A DNA stretch of 56,668 nt from a virus: positions 1 through 56,668 of the IMG/VR virus record IMGVR_UViG_3300028831_000281, one strand, 5' to 3'. The number at the start of each line of letters is the position of its first letter. The stretch's first letter is position 1. Below the pieces are notes generated by a model, which worked only from the letters and a program-made list of their open reading frames with translations, was not told the DNA's origin and ran no database searches. The position numbers and the translations under genes are program-made. Shown piece after piece: positions 16,522-26,197 of the stretch.

Positions 16522-17013
16522 ATGCACGTTGACCCCAAGGCCCCCTTCGATTCGCCGCTGCACCCGTCGAACATCGGGCGCGCGTCGATGGACGAGTTGG
16601 ACGCTGCTGCGAGTCAGCCGCCCACCCTGGATGAACTGCTCGAGGTCCATCGCACGGCGGGCGAACGCGAAGCTGACCTCACCCCGGACCGCGCGGAGCT
16701 GGAGCGCCGGGACCAGTTGGTGGCCGAGCACGAGGAGGACCCGAACCCGGAGTATGCGCCCACGCTGGTGGATATGGCCGATGTGGAGCACCGCTGGGAG
16801 GAGGACGGCTGGCAACCGGTCGAGCCGGCCGACGACGCGCAGGAGGACGCCGAGGCGGGCGACGGCGAGGAGCACGGGGAGCCCCCGCAGGACGCCGAGA
16901 AGCCGGAACCCAAGAAGCGCACCGGCCGGCACCGCAAGGCCCCCGCCAAGACTGCCGCGCCCAAGCTGGACGCCGCCCTGGCCAAGCTGGACCGCGCCCG
17001 GGGCAAGAAGTGA
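16522..17013 (+). CDS. hypothetical protein, highly acidic
   Basis: ORF track. 163 aa with an Asp/Glu-rich centre and Lys-rich C-terminus. Confidence 0.6.
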   Translation: MHVDPKAPFDSPLHPSNIGRASMDELDAAASQPPTLDELLEVHRTAGEREADLTPDRAELERRDQLVAEHEEDPNPEYAPTLVDMADVEHRWEEDGWQPVEPADDAQEDAEAGDGEEHGEPPQDAEKPEPKKRTGRHRKAPAKTAAPKLDAALAKLDRARGKK

Positions 17014-17537
17014 CCACTGGCCGGCGGCTGCTGGTCGCCGAGCTGGCCGAGGATCTCCTGTCGGCCATCGAGGGGCACTTCGCCACCGCCGGGGTGGCGC
17101 TGCCGGCCCGCCGCTGCGTGGTGCCGGGTGAGCCCCGCACGTTCGCCTGGGACTGCGAGCAGCTCACCGTGGCGCTCGGCGGCATCGGCTGGGGCCCGGC
17201 CGTCGATATCTCGATGCCCACCCCGGCGCCCGGCATCAACGCGGGGGTGTTCAGCGTCCGGCACGCCGTGTACGCGGCAACCCTGGTGCGTTGCACCCCG
17301 CCGACCAACCGGGACGGCACCCCGCCGAGCGCCGAGGACCTACATGCCGCCGGCCTGGCGTTCATGCATGACGCCGGCCTGATCTCCCAGGCGCTGGTGG
17401 AGCACGTCACCCGGGTGCGCGGCTCGCTGCCACCGGAGGGCAAGGTTCAGGCGGGCGCGGTGGAGCCGGTGGGCCCATCCGGTGGCCTGCACGGGCTGGA
17501 AACCATCCTGGCCGTCACCGCCTCAAGGCTGGAGTGA
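17010..17537 (+). CDS. head-tail connector candidate
   Basis: ORF track. GTGA overlap with the upstream stop. Call is from position only. Confidence 0.45.
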   Translation: MTTGRRLLVAELAEDLLSAIEGHFATAGVALPARRCVVPGEPRTFAWDCEQLTVALGGIGWGPAVDISMPTPAPGINAGVFSVRHAVYAATLVRCTPPTNRDGTPPSAEDLHAAGLAFMHDAGLISQALVEHVTRVRGSLPPEGKVQAGAVEPVGPSGGLHGLETILAVTASRLE

Positions 17538-17541
17538 CGCC

Positions 17542-17955
17542 GTGGTCGTGCGCCTGGAGCCGGGTCTGGTCCGGTTCGACCCGGGGGAGCCGGACCGGTA
17601 TGTGACCGACCCGGCCGGCCCGGTGATTCGCGACCTGGACCGCCGCATGACACGGGTGGAGTTCGCCTCCCGGGCGCAGGTGGGCGTCAGGTCGGGGCTG
17701 CTGCTGTCTACGATCCGCAAACAGCCCGGCTTCACCAAGAGCACCGTCCGGGTGGACCTGCTCGCCGGCCGTTCCGGCATGCGCTACACCATGGCCCACC
17801 ACGACGGCACGCCGCCGCACGAGATCCGGCCGAGCCGGCGCAAGGCGCTGCGGTTCGTGGTGGGCGGACAGGTCATGTTTCGGGGCCGCGTGTGGCACCC
17901 GGGCACGAAGGCCAACCGGTTCCTCACCGACAACCTGCCCCTGGCGGGCGGGTAG
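17542..17955 (+). CDS. neck/tail-terminator candidate (HK97 gp10-like pattern, weak)
   Basis: GTG in ORF 17482..17955, 5 nt after the upstream stop. ~137 aa. Lies immediately before the chaperone genes. Confidence 0.45.
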   Translation: MVVRLEPGLVRFDPGEPDRYVTDPAGPVIRDLDRRMTRVEFASRAQVGVRSGLLLSTIRKQPGFTKSTVRVDLLAGRSGMRYTMAHHDGTPPHEIRPSRRKALRFVVGGQVMFRGRVWHPGTKANRFLTDNLPLAGG

Positions 17956-17989
17956 ACCCCGCACCACCCTCACCCCTGGAGAACCCGTC

Positions 17990-18493
17990 ATGAAGTCGTT
18001 CGGACAGCAGCACGCCCCCTCCATCCCGGTTCAGCGCGAACCGTTCAGCTTCTGGTTCATGCGCGACGACGAACCGGAGGAGCACCGATTCCAGGCCCGG
18101 GTGGTTACCGACATCGGCAGCCTGCTGGTGGCGCTGAACGCCAGCCGCCGCGACAACACAGGCAAGGCCGTGCAGGGCGCCGCGCTGATCGTCGCCAGGA
18201 TGCTGGACAACAAGGACGGCACGCCGGCCCGCTGGTCGCCGGAACCGATGGACCCCCCGGAGGGCGCCGCCGAGAACTGGGAGGCCAGTTTCCGTGGGCC
18301 GGACGGAAACATCTACACGATGGAGCACGCCGAGAAGTTCACCCGGTTCGAGGCGGGGTCGAGCCGGCGCCGCTGGCTGTACCTGATGGAGGAGGACGAC
18401 GAGGTCGTGGTGGATGCCAAGGACCTCATGGCGTTGATGGAGTGGCTGGTCAGGATGGCGGCGGGCCGCCCTACGGAGCCGTCGCTTTCCTGA
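17990..18493 (+). CDS. tail assembly chaperone (G-like)
   Basis: ORF track. Directly upstream of the tape measure. Acidic C-terminal part. Overlapped by an open -1 frame. Confidence 0.7.
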   Translation: MKSFGQQHAPSIPVQREPFSFWFMRDDEPEEHRFQARVVTDIGSLLVALNASRRDNTGKAVQGAALIVARMLDNKDGTPARWSPEPMDPPEGAAENWEASFRGPDGNIYTMEHAEKFTRFEAGSSRRRWLYLMEEDDEVVVDAKDLMALMEWLVRMAAGRPTEPSLS

Positions 18494-18852
18494 TCCTGGG
18501 AGTGGCGGAAGACCCATTGTTGGGTCCGTGGATCAAGGGCCGACTGGCCCTTGCGGGCATCGGGTTGCGCACCGATCTGCGGGTGTGGCTTGATGCCGTC
18601 TACGCGCTGTGGCTGGAGGCCCCGGATGGCGATCGGGTGCGATCGGTGGCGCGACAGCTCGAGCAGAAGGCGGCCATGATCCGACCGGAGGAGGCGCGCG
18701 AAACGTGGGGCCGTTCGCCGGTCGCACGGGCGCTGTCGGGCGGCCTGGGCCAGGGTGCGGGCGCCGAGGTGGGTGGGGGCGGACCGCCGGAGGGTGCCGC
18801 GCTGGCCGCGTATCAGCGCATCCAGGAGCGCAACCGGATGCGGGGGAGGTGA
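18442..18852 (+). CDS. tail assembly chaperone, -1 frameshift extension (GT-like)
   Basis: Frame is -1 relative to 17990..18493 and open across the overlap. Ends 3 nt before the tape-measure start. Slippery site not identified, so coordinates are those of the ORF. Confidence 0.5.
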   Translation: MAGQDGGGPPYGAVAFLILGVAEDPLLGPWIKGRLALAGIGLRTDLRVWLDAVYALWLEAPDGDRVRSVARQLEQKAAMIRPEEARETWGRSPVARALSGGLGQGAGAEVGGGGPPEGAALAAYQRIQERNRMRGR

Positions 18853-18855
18853 GCC

Positions 18856-21456
18856 GTGGCCCGGGTTATCGGTGAAGCTGCCATCCGGCTGGTGGCCGAC
18901 CAGCGCGGGCTGGCCGCCAACATGCGGGTCATCCTGCGCGAGGCGCTCAACGACGCCACCCGGGGCATCGGGCCCGGCTCCACCCAAGGCATCGAGGACG
19001 ACTCGAACCGCACCGCCGCGCGCATCAAGAAGCTGTTCGCCGAGACCTTCTCAAGCATCCGGGGGCTGGCCGGGCGGGCTAGTGCTGCGGTCGCTGCCGG
19101 CACGCGGCTGGCCCTGATCGGCACCGCAGCCGCCACCGCGCTGGCCGGGGTGACCAGTCTGACCACGGGACTGATCGGGCTGGTGGCCGCCGCCGGCCAG
19201 GCTGCGGGGGTGATCGGGCTCTTACCCGCTGTGCTGCTGGCGGTGAAGGCCGGCACCGCCACGGTTCAGCTCGGCATGGTCGGCATGGGCGAGGCGTTCA
19301 AGGCGGTGGGGTCAGGGGATGCCGCCGCGCTGAATGAGGCACTCAAGAAGCTTTCGCCGAGCGCTGCCGCTTTCGTGCGCGAGGTAAACAAAGTAAAGCC
19401 TGCCTTTGATGCCATGCGCTTGAATATTCAAGAGGCATTGTTCAAGGGACTGTCCGGGTCAATCGCACAATTGGCAACTCAGTATTTGCCGATCGCGAAC
19501 CGGCTTTTCGCCGGTCTCGGTACGGAGATGAACAAGGCCGCCAAGGAGGCTATCAGCTTCGCCACGTCCGCGCGGGCGGTCGGTCAGACCAACGTCCTGG
19601 TGGACAACATCAAGGCGTCGTTCGCGGGCCTGGTGCCGGCCATCCGGCCCGCCCTGTCCGCGTTCCTGGACATCAGCCAGGTGGGCTCCAACTTCCTGCC
19701 CCGGCTGTCCCAGTCCATCGCGGGCGCGGCTGCATCGTTTGGCGAGTTCATCCGGGGCGCCGCCGCATCCGGGCAGCTTCAGCAGTTCTTCGAAAACGCC
19801 ATCGCCACGGTGCAGCAGCTCGGCCAGATCCTGGTGCAGTTCGGCGCCGGGCTGGGCGCGGTGTTCAACGCCGCGCAGGCGTCGGGCGCCGGCATCCTGG
19901 ACACCCTGCTCCAGGTCGGAACCGCGTTCAACCGGTTCGCCTCGAGCGCCGCCGGCCAGACCGCGCTGACCGAGTTCTTCTCCAGCATGCGCTCCATCAT
20001 CGCCGCCGTGATCCCCGTGGTGATCACGATCGCGCAGGTGGTCGGCACGACGCTGGCGCCGATCCTGGCCGACATCGCCCGCACCATCCTGCCGGTGCTC
20101 AACGTGGTTGTGCAGCAGTTCGGCGCCGCGCTCCAGGCCGCCCGTCCTGGCATCCAGGCGTTGGTGCAGGGGCTGGCCACGCTGCTGGAGGTGTTCGGGC
20201 CGACCATCACCTTCGCCGTGCAGCTCGCCGGCATCCTGGGCGGGGTGCTCGGCCGGGTGCTTCAGACGCTGGCCCCGGTGCTGGCTCGGGTGGCCAACGC
20301 GCTGCTCCAAGGGCTGATCGCTATCATGCCCAAGCTGGAGCCCCTGATCATCCAGGTGGCCGACGCGCTGGTGCAGGTGATCGACGCCGCCCTGCCGCTC
20401 ATCCCGGTGTTCCTCCAGTTGGTGACCGCGCTGTTGCCGCTGCTGCCGCCGCTGCTGCAACTGGTGGCCGCCGTGCTGCCGCCGCTCATCGGTCTGGTGG
20501 AGGCGCTGGCTCCGATCGTGCTGGAGCTGGCCCGGGTGCTGGCCGCGCTGCTGCCGCCGATCACCGCCGTGGTCGTCACGATCTTGAACATCCTGATTCC
20601 GCCCATCCAGTTCCTGGCGGCCGTGGTGGCACAGACGGCCGGCGCCGTGGCCGACGTGTTCCAGGCGCTTTCCGGAACGGTTACCGCGATCCTGACCGCG
20701 CTGGGCGCGGTGATCTCCGGGATTTGGGGCACCATCGTGAATATCTTCACGGGTGCCGTCAACATTATCGGGGGCATTGTTCGGGGGGCGTTCGAGGGTA
20801 TTCGCAGCTTTATCGCGGGGGCCCTGTCCGGGATTGGTAACGCGGTCCGGACAGGGCTGGACGCCGTTGTGGGGTTCTTCTCCCGGCTGCCCGGCCAGGT
20901 GCTGGGCTTCCTGGGAAACCTGGCGTCGGACGCATTCAACGCGGGCGTCAACATCATCAAGGGAATCGTCAACGGCCTGGGCAGTATCGCCAGCTCCATC
21001 GTCAACAAGCTCAAGCAGATCGTCTCCCAGGCGTGGGATGCCGTGCTGAGCTTCTTCGGGATCTCCAGTCCCTCGAAGCTGGCCGAGCGCACCTTCCGGT
21101 TCGTGGGCGAGGGTGCCATCGTCGGTCTGGAGAAGATCACCCCCGATGTGGTGGCGGCTGCGGCTGACCTGGCGGCATCAGCCATGGACGCCATGGGCAG
21201 CGGCCTGGCGGGCGGGCTGACCTTGAGCGGTTCGGGCGGCCTGGGCGGCGCTGGAACGGCGGGCGGTGGCGGGGTGGTGTTGCACCAGGTGAACGTCATG
21301 CGGGAAGGGGCCGACGTGACCCAGTTCGCTTCCGAGGTGGCCCGGCTGGGTGCGCAGCGGTTGGCGGTCGGCGCCACCAGCCTGCCGGTGTCGGTGGGCT
21401 CCGTACAGTCTGGGATAGCCGGGCCGGGAACCATGTTCGGGGTGGGCGGCATCTGA
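18856..21456 (+). CDS. tape measure protein
   Basis: 866 aa. Ala/Leu/Gly-rich repetitive helical segments with a Gly-rich C-terminus. Position after the G/GT pair. Confidence 0.9.
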   Translation: MARVIGEAAIRLVADQRGLAANMRVILREALNDATRGIGPGSTQGIEDDSNRTAARIKKLFAETFSSIRGLAGRASAAVAAGTRLALIGTAAATALAGVTSLTTGLIGLVAAAGQAAGVIGLLPAVLLAVKAGTATVQLGMVGMGEAFKAVGSGDAAALNEALKKLSPSAAAFVREVNKVKPAFDAMRLNIQEALFKGLSGSIAQLATQYLPIANRLFAGLGTEMNKAAKEAISFATSARAVGQTNVLVDNIKASFAGLVPAIRPALSAFLDISQVGSNFLPRLSQSIAGAAASFGEFIRGAAASGQLQQFFENAIATVQQLGQILVQFGAGLGAVFNAAQASGAGILDTLLQVGTAFNRFASSAAGQTALTEFFSSMRSIIAAVIPVVITIAQVVGTTLAPILADIARTILPVLNVVVQQFGAALQAARPGIQALVQGLATLLEVFGPTITFAVQLAGILGGVLGRVLQTLAPVLARVANALLQGLIAIMPKLEPLIIQVADALVQVIDAALPLIPVFLQLVTALLPLLPPLLQLVAAVLPPLIGLVEALAPIVLELARVLAALLPPITAVVVTILNILIPPIQFLAAVVAQTAGAVADVFQALSGTVTAILTALGAVISGIWGTIVNIFTGAVNIIGGIVRGAFEGIRSFIAGALSGIGNAVRTGLDAVVGFFSRLPGQVLGFLGNLASDAFNAGVNIIKGIVNGLGSIASSIVNKLKQIVSQAWDAVLSFFGISSPSKLAERTFRFVGEGAIVGLEKITPDVVAAAADLAASAMDAMGSGLAGGLTLSGSGGLGGAGTAGGGGVVLHQVNVMREGADVTQFASEVARLGAQRLAVGATSLPVSVGSVQSGIAGPGTMFGVGGI

Positions 21457-22391
21457 TGAGCGCACCCACGAGCTTCCCGGTTCCCACGCTCACCGACCGG
21501 TTCCGGATGGGCCCGCTGTTCACCGAGACTCCGGACGTGGATTACTGGTGGAACTACCAGTGGGCGGACGGCACCTACACGGCGTGCGGTGAACCGGCCG
21601 GGTGGGAGTCGCTGTCCTACGTCACCCCGCTGGACGTGGCCGGCGGGCGAGACGGGGCCTTGACCGGACCGCAGTCGATCGCGCCGCGCGAACTGGAGTG
21701 CGAGGCCCTGATCGTGGCCCCGAGCCCCGCGCTGCTACGGCAGCACATCGCCCGGGTACGCCGCATCCTGGGGCCACAGGGCCTGCCTGGACCCCGCCAG
21801 CCGATCGTGTGGGAGCAGCACGACTACGGCACCAGCCGCCGGCTGGCCTTCATCACCCGGCCGGACGGGCCCGCGCGGTTCCAGGTGGTGCCCGGCTTCC
21901 AGGAGGGCGGGCTGGCCGCCGTGGTCACGTTCAAGCTGGTGGCCGCCAACCCGTGGCGGCACCAGTCCGGCGCCGCCGAGTCCGCCCAGGACGGCCTGCC
22001 GAACAGCGCGCTGGTCACCGGCCGCACCTACAGTAAGACCTACAGTTACAACTATGGCGCCGGCACGGGCGCGATCGGCGGCGAGTTCGTGGCCGTCAAC
22101 TCCGGAGACCTGCCTACCGAGGTGGTGTTCACGGTCACCGGCCCGGTGGACTATCCGATCATCGCCAACGCCACCACGGGCCTATCCTTCCAGATCAACG
22201 CCAACCTGTCGGCCAGTGACGTGGTGGTGGTGGACGGCCAGACCGGTGTGGTGACCCCCGCGTCGGTGCGGCTGGTGGGCCGCCCGTTCCTGCTCCAGCC
22301 CGGCAACAACACCATCCGGTGGCGTTCGCTGTCCGGCACCTACTACCCGGCCGCGCTGCTGCACATGGCGTGGCGCAGCAAGTCCCTGTGA
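21456..22391 (+). CDS. minor tail protein (distal-tail-protein position)
   Basis: ORF track. TGATG overlap with the tape-measure stop. 311 aa. Confidence 0.6.
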   Translation: MSAPTSFPVPTLTDRFRMGPLFTETPDVDYWWNYQWADGTYTACGEPAGWESLSYVTPLDVAGGRDGALTGPQSIAPRELECEALIVAPSPALLRQHIARVRRILGPQGLPGPRQPIVWEQHDYGTSRRLAFITRPDGPARFQVVPGFQEGGLAAVVTFKLVAANPWRHQSGAAESAQDGLPNSALVTGRTYSKTYSYNYGAGTGAIGGEFVAVNSGDLPTEVVFTVTGPVDYPIIANATTGLSFQINANLSASDVVVVDGQTGVVTPASVRLVGRPFLLQPGNNTIRWRSLSGTYYPAALLHMAWRSKSL

Positions 22392-22404
22392 GGAGCACAG
22401 CCCC

Positions 22405-23619
22405 ATGACCGTGATCACCCCGCCCGCGTTCCTCCAGGCCGGCACCTACACCGCGCTGATGGACCGCCTGCACATCAACACGGTTCCGGTGGTGCGCGAC
22501 TACAGCCAGACCCACCGGGCCCGCCAGGGGTTCTTCCTGTCCCGCACACCCACGTTCAGCAACCCGGCCGGGCTCCAGATCGCGATCTCGGCATGTGCCG
22601 GCACGATCGCCAACACGTTCGCCACCGACGCGGGCGAGTACCGGTTCACCAACCCGTCCAGCACCAGCGTCACCCTGGCCGCAGCGAGCCCCACCCAGAA
22701 CCGCATTGACGTGGTGGGCTTCCAGGTCAAGGACAACTTCTATGACGCCAGCGGGCTGAACCAGGTGGCCCCGGCGGTCATCCAGGGCGCCAACAGTGCT
22801 GGCGCCCCGAGCGCACCAGCCCTGCCGGCCAGCTTCATCGCCGTGGTGGAGGTCCTGGTCAACGCGGCGGCGGTCACCCCCACCAGCATGACCTCCCGGA
22901 TCGTGCGCACCGCCTTCGACGGCTCGCCCATCCCGGTGTCCAGCGCCACCGAGCGCAACGCTCTGGGTACCCCGGTGGAGAGCCAGCTCGTGGACCGCAG
23001 CGACCGGGACTGGCTGGAGCGCCACGACGGCGCCGCGTGGCGCGTGCTCGGCGGGCCGGCCATCGCCACCAGCACCGCCGACCGGGACAGCGCGATCACC
23101 AACCCGGCCGCCGGCAACACGTCGATCGTCACCGGCACCCGGTGGCTGTACCAGCACGAGGGCAGCGCGTGGATTCCGTTCGGTCAGGTCGCCGGCCGCC
23201 TGGTCACCCAGGTGGGGATTCAGGGCACCACAGTCGGAACCACCGAGCTGAACTTCCCCAAGCTGGCGATCGAGAACTACCGGGTGAAGCAAAACGGCTG
23301 GTACATATTCTGGGTTCGGCTGTCCGCCCAGTTCGGCGCGGCGGGTGACAGTTTCGTGATTCGGGTGCGAAAGGACACCGCGCTTTCCGGAACCATTCTT
23401 TCCAGCTTCGAATGGATCGGGCAGGTGGGCGGCTTCACCCACTCCATTACGATGGGCCTGCCGTGGCAGGCCCCGGCTGACGACACCGACGCCGATTTCT
23501 ACATTTCCGCGCAGCGTATCGGTGGCGGCAACGTGCTGGCGGTCAACGGCGATACCCGGTCGGCTTCGTGGATGGACGACCGGGGCGGCGACTCGGCGAT
23601 CTGGTCCACGGTGGCCTGA
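22405..23619 (+). CDS. minor tail protein
   Basis: ORF track. 404 aa. C-terminal third lies in a lower-GC patch (~23270-23520). Confidence 0.5.
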   Translation: MTVITPPAFLQAGTYTALMDRLHINTVPVVRDYSQTHRARQGFFLSRTPTFSNPAGLQIAISACAGTIANTFATDAGEYRFTNPSSTSVTLAAASPTQNRIDVVGFQVKDNFYDASGLNQVAPAVIQGANSAGAPSAPALPASFIAVVEVLVNAAAVTPTSMTSRIVRTAFDGSPIPVSSATERNALGTPVESQLVDRSDRDWLERHDGAAWRVLGGPAIATSTADRDSAITNPAAGNTSIVTGTRWLYQHEGSAWIPFGQVAGRLVTQVGIQGTTVGTTELNFPKLAIENYRVKQNGWYIFWVRLSAQFGAAGDSFVIRVRKDTALSGTILSSFEWIGQVGGFTHSITMGLPWQAPADDTDADFYISAQRIGGGNVLAVNGDTRSASWMDDRGGDSAIWSTVA

Positions 23620-24869
23620 TGAGCTACCCGCTGTTCAGCGACCCGGCGGTTGCCTCCCTGGAGCAGGAGGTGCGCTGGACCTACTGGCCGGTGTCCTACC
23701 AGCTCGGCGACCCCACGGTGATCTCTGAACCGATCCCCATGTCCGGCGTGAGCATGTCCGAGGTGATCCGGGGGGTGGGGGAGTTCAAGGGAACGGTCCA
23801 GCTCGCCGACCCCGAGGTTCGGGCCCTGTACCCGTGGGACAAGATCGTGCCCCGCAAGACCGGCATCGTGGCCGTGCGGGAGGCGTTCGACCCGACCGCC
23901 CACGCCTGGATCGCCGTGCCGTTTCAGCACTATGTGGTGTGGAGCGCGCCGCGCGACCCGCAGACCGGCCGCATGACGGTCACCGGCCAGACCGTGGAGT
24001 CGCTGTGGGCCCGCCGGCTGATCACCCGCGAGATGACGTGGGACAACACGGACCAAACCGACATCGCAGCCGACCTGCTGGACCCGGCCCTGTTCTCGCT
24101 GGTGGATCTCGGCGCTGGGCTGTGGCCGGGCTGGATCACCGTGGACCCGCCGACCACGCCCACCGGGGTGGTGCGTGACCTCACCTATGAGGAGGGCCAG
24201 GAGACCAACCTGCTGGCCGCCCACCAGGACCGATCCCAGGTGATTGACGGCTACGAGTGGCGCACGTCGGTGCGGGTGCTGTCCGGCGCGGACGCGGTGA
24301 GCGCATCGACGTTCCGGGTCCAGTTCGTGCTGGGCTACCCGCAGCTTGGCCGGCGTCTGGGCAGCCTGGCCGGCATCCCCCGGCTGCGGTTCGACCGGGA
24401 GGGCTCCGGCAACGTGCTGGAGGTCAGTTACCCGTGGGACGGCAGCGACGTGCCCAACATCGTCTGGGGTCGGGGTAACGGGTACGAGGACCTACAGGTG
24501 AAGAGTCTGGTGCTCAACCCCGAGTGGGAGAATGGGTTCCTGCAAACCGAGGAAAGGTTCAGCGATCCGGACGTCAAGAGCCAGTCAACCCTGGACAATA
24601 AGGGCATCCGCATTATCGATGAGGCGCTGTCGGGGGAGCGTTACATCGCGGGGCTGACCATTCGCGGGGATCGGCCACCGTACCTGACATCGTATGTGCC
24701 GGGAGACGACTTGATCTTCGAGACAAATGACCTGACGTGGCCGGCGGACTTCTACGACGAGCACGGGTTTACCGCGTTGTCGGCGCGGATTTTTGGGCGG
24801 GTGGTGACGCCGCCGCAGGGCAGCCAGAGCGAGCGGGTCAAGCTTCTGGTGACCGGGGGTGACGTGTGA
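23619..24869 (+). CDS. minor tail protein
   Basis: Internal ATG (MSYPLFSD..) of ORF 23568..24869 overlapping the upstream stop (TGATG). 416 aa. Confidence 0.55.
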   Translation: MSYPLFSDPAVASLEQEVRWTYWPVSYQLGDPTVISEPIPMSGVSMSEVIRGVGEFKGTVQLADPEVRALYPWDKIVPRKTGIVAVREAFDPTAHAWIAVPFQHYVVWSAPRDPQTGRMTVTGQTVESLWARRLITREMTWDNTDQTDIAADLLDPALFSLVDLGAGLWPGWITVDPPTTPTGVVRDLTYEEGQETNLLAAHQDRSQVIDGYEWRTSVRVLSGADAVSASTFRVQFVLGYPQLGRRLGSLAGIPRLRFDREGSGNVLEVSYPWDGSDVPNIVWGRGNGYEDLQVKSLVLNPEWENGFLQTEERFSDPDVKSQSTLDNKGIRIIDEALSGERYIAGLTIRGDRPPYLTSYVPGDDLIFETNDLTWPADFYDEHGFTALSARIFGRVVTPPQGSQSERVKLLVTGGDV

Positions 24870-25648
24870 GCAGCCCGGTGCGGTACACGCCGCATTCCCC
24901 GGACTTCATCGAGACCCTGGCCTACGTGCAGCGGGTGGCGGATTCCATCCTGCGCAACAACCCGCTGGTCAACGCGGTGGTAAGTACGGGGCTCATGCGC
25001 TGGATCGGCAACCACACCGATGGCGGCGGCAACAAGATCAACCTGCTGTGGATCGGCGGCTTCCTGCCGGCCGACACCAGTCTCCCCGGCAGCCCGCCAC
25101 AGCGCGGTGTGAGTCTGGTGCGCGACGACTCCACCGGGGGCAGCTCGGCATTCGCCCTGTATGACCATGACCCGTCCGGCGGCGGCGGGCTGCGGCAGAC
25201 CATCCATGTCGGCGGGGTGGATGGGGAGCGGCTTTTCAGCGAGGCCCGGCAGGGCGGCCAGCAGTGGCCAGAGGACTTGATCCCGATGGCCCCGATCGGG
25301 TCGAACCTGCTGGACTGGTTCGCCACCACGGACAACTCGCCCACCTGGGGAACCATCTACTTCGGGACGTACAACGGCGTGGGGAACCTGATCCACTACA
25401 TGTTCGGCGCGGCCTGCACGAATGGGTGCGCCGCCAATTTCCGGGTGCGGGTGAGCACCCAGGTGGGTGACGTGTTCAGCAGTACTCACACCCTGCCAGT
25501 GAACGGTAACAACTTGTTCACTGGAACGGTTACTTTGCCCGCCGACCAACGGGGCTTCTCCAACCAGATAAACCTGGAGGGGCAACGCACCAATGGCGTG
25601 GGCGAGGCGCGCGCATCCCCCTACACCTTCCGGTGCTACACCCCGTAG
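24866..25648 (+). CDS. minor tail protein / receptor-binding candidate
   Basis: ORF track. GTGA overlap. 260 aa. Last gene of the tail block. Lower-GC 3' end. Confidence 0.4.
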   Translation: MSSPVRYTPHSPDFIETLAYVQRVADSILRNNPLVNAVVSTGLMRWIGNHTDGGGNKINLLWIGGFLPADTSLPGSPPQRGVSLVRDDSTGGSSAFALYDHDPSGGGGLRQTIHVGGVDGERLFSEARQGGQQWPEDLIPMAPIGSNLLDWFATTDNSPTWGTIYFGTYNGVGNLIHYMFGAACTNGCAANFRVRVSTQVGDVFSSTHTLPVNGNNLFTGTVTLPADQRGFSNQINLEGQRTNGVGEARASPYTFRCYTP

Positions 25649-25687
25649 ACATACGGGCCCGGCGAACAAGTCGCGAACGGCTTTCGT

Positions 25688-26197
25688 GTGTCAGACTTCC
25701 CCCATGCAGCGACACCGCCGGGGGGCCATGTGATCACCAGGGACCGGCGCGGCCGGGTGCTCGCCGAGCGCAGCATCGACCCGTTCGAGGTCGGCACCCT
25801 CGTGATCTGCGTGCTCTACGGTTTGGTCGGCCTGGCGTGGTACGACACCCTCACGCTGCGCACGGTGAAGCTGTATCCGTTCATCGGCGGTCGGGTGTTC
25901 CTGGCCGCGCTCGCGATCGGTAGCGCCACCGCGCTGATCGGCCTTGCCCGCAACAACCTTCGGGGGCTTCGGTTGGAGCGGGCCGGGCTGCGGCTGCTGG
26001 TGTGCCTGGGCGTCTCGTTCGCCCTGTGGACGCCGTTCACGGCAGGGGCGGGCGGCATCAGCATGCTGGTGTCGTTCGGCATCCTGCTGGGCGTTCCGGG
26101 TGCCGTGGTGTCCTACCGGCGTGGGCTGCTGATCCGAAAGCTGGAGGGCGTGAACCGCGCCCGGGAGAGACCGAGAGGCCCGAATGCCCCCGCTTGA
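25688..26197 (+). CDS. membrane protein, 4 predicted TM helices
   Basis: ORF track (GTG). Four hydrophobic segments. Lies after the tail genes. Confidence 0.55.
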   Translation: MSDFPHAATPPGGHVITRDRRGRVLAERSIDPFEVGTLVICVLYGLVGLAWYDTLTLRTVKLYPFIGGRVFLAALAIGSATALIGLARNNLRGLRLERAGLRLLVCLGVSFALWTPFTAGAGGISMLVSFGILLGVPGAVVSYRRGLLIRKLEGVNRARERPRGPNAPA

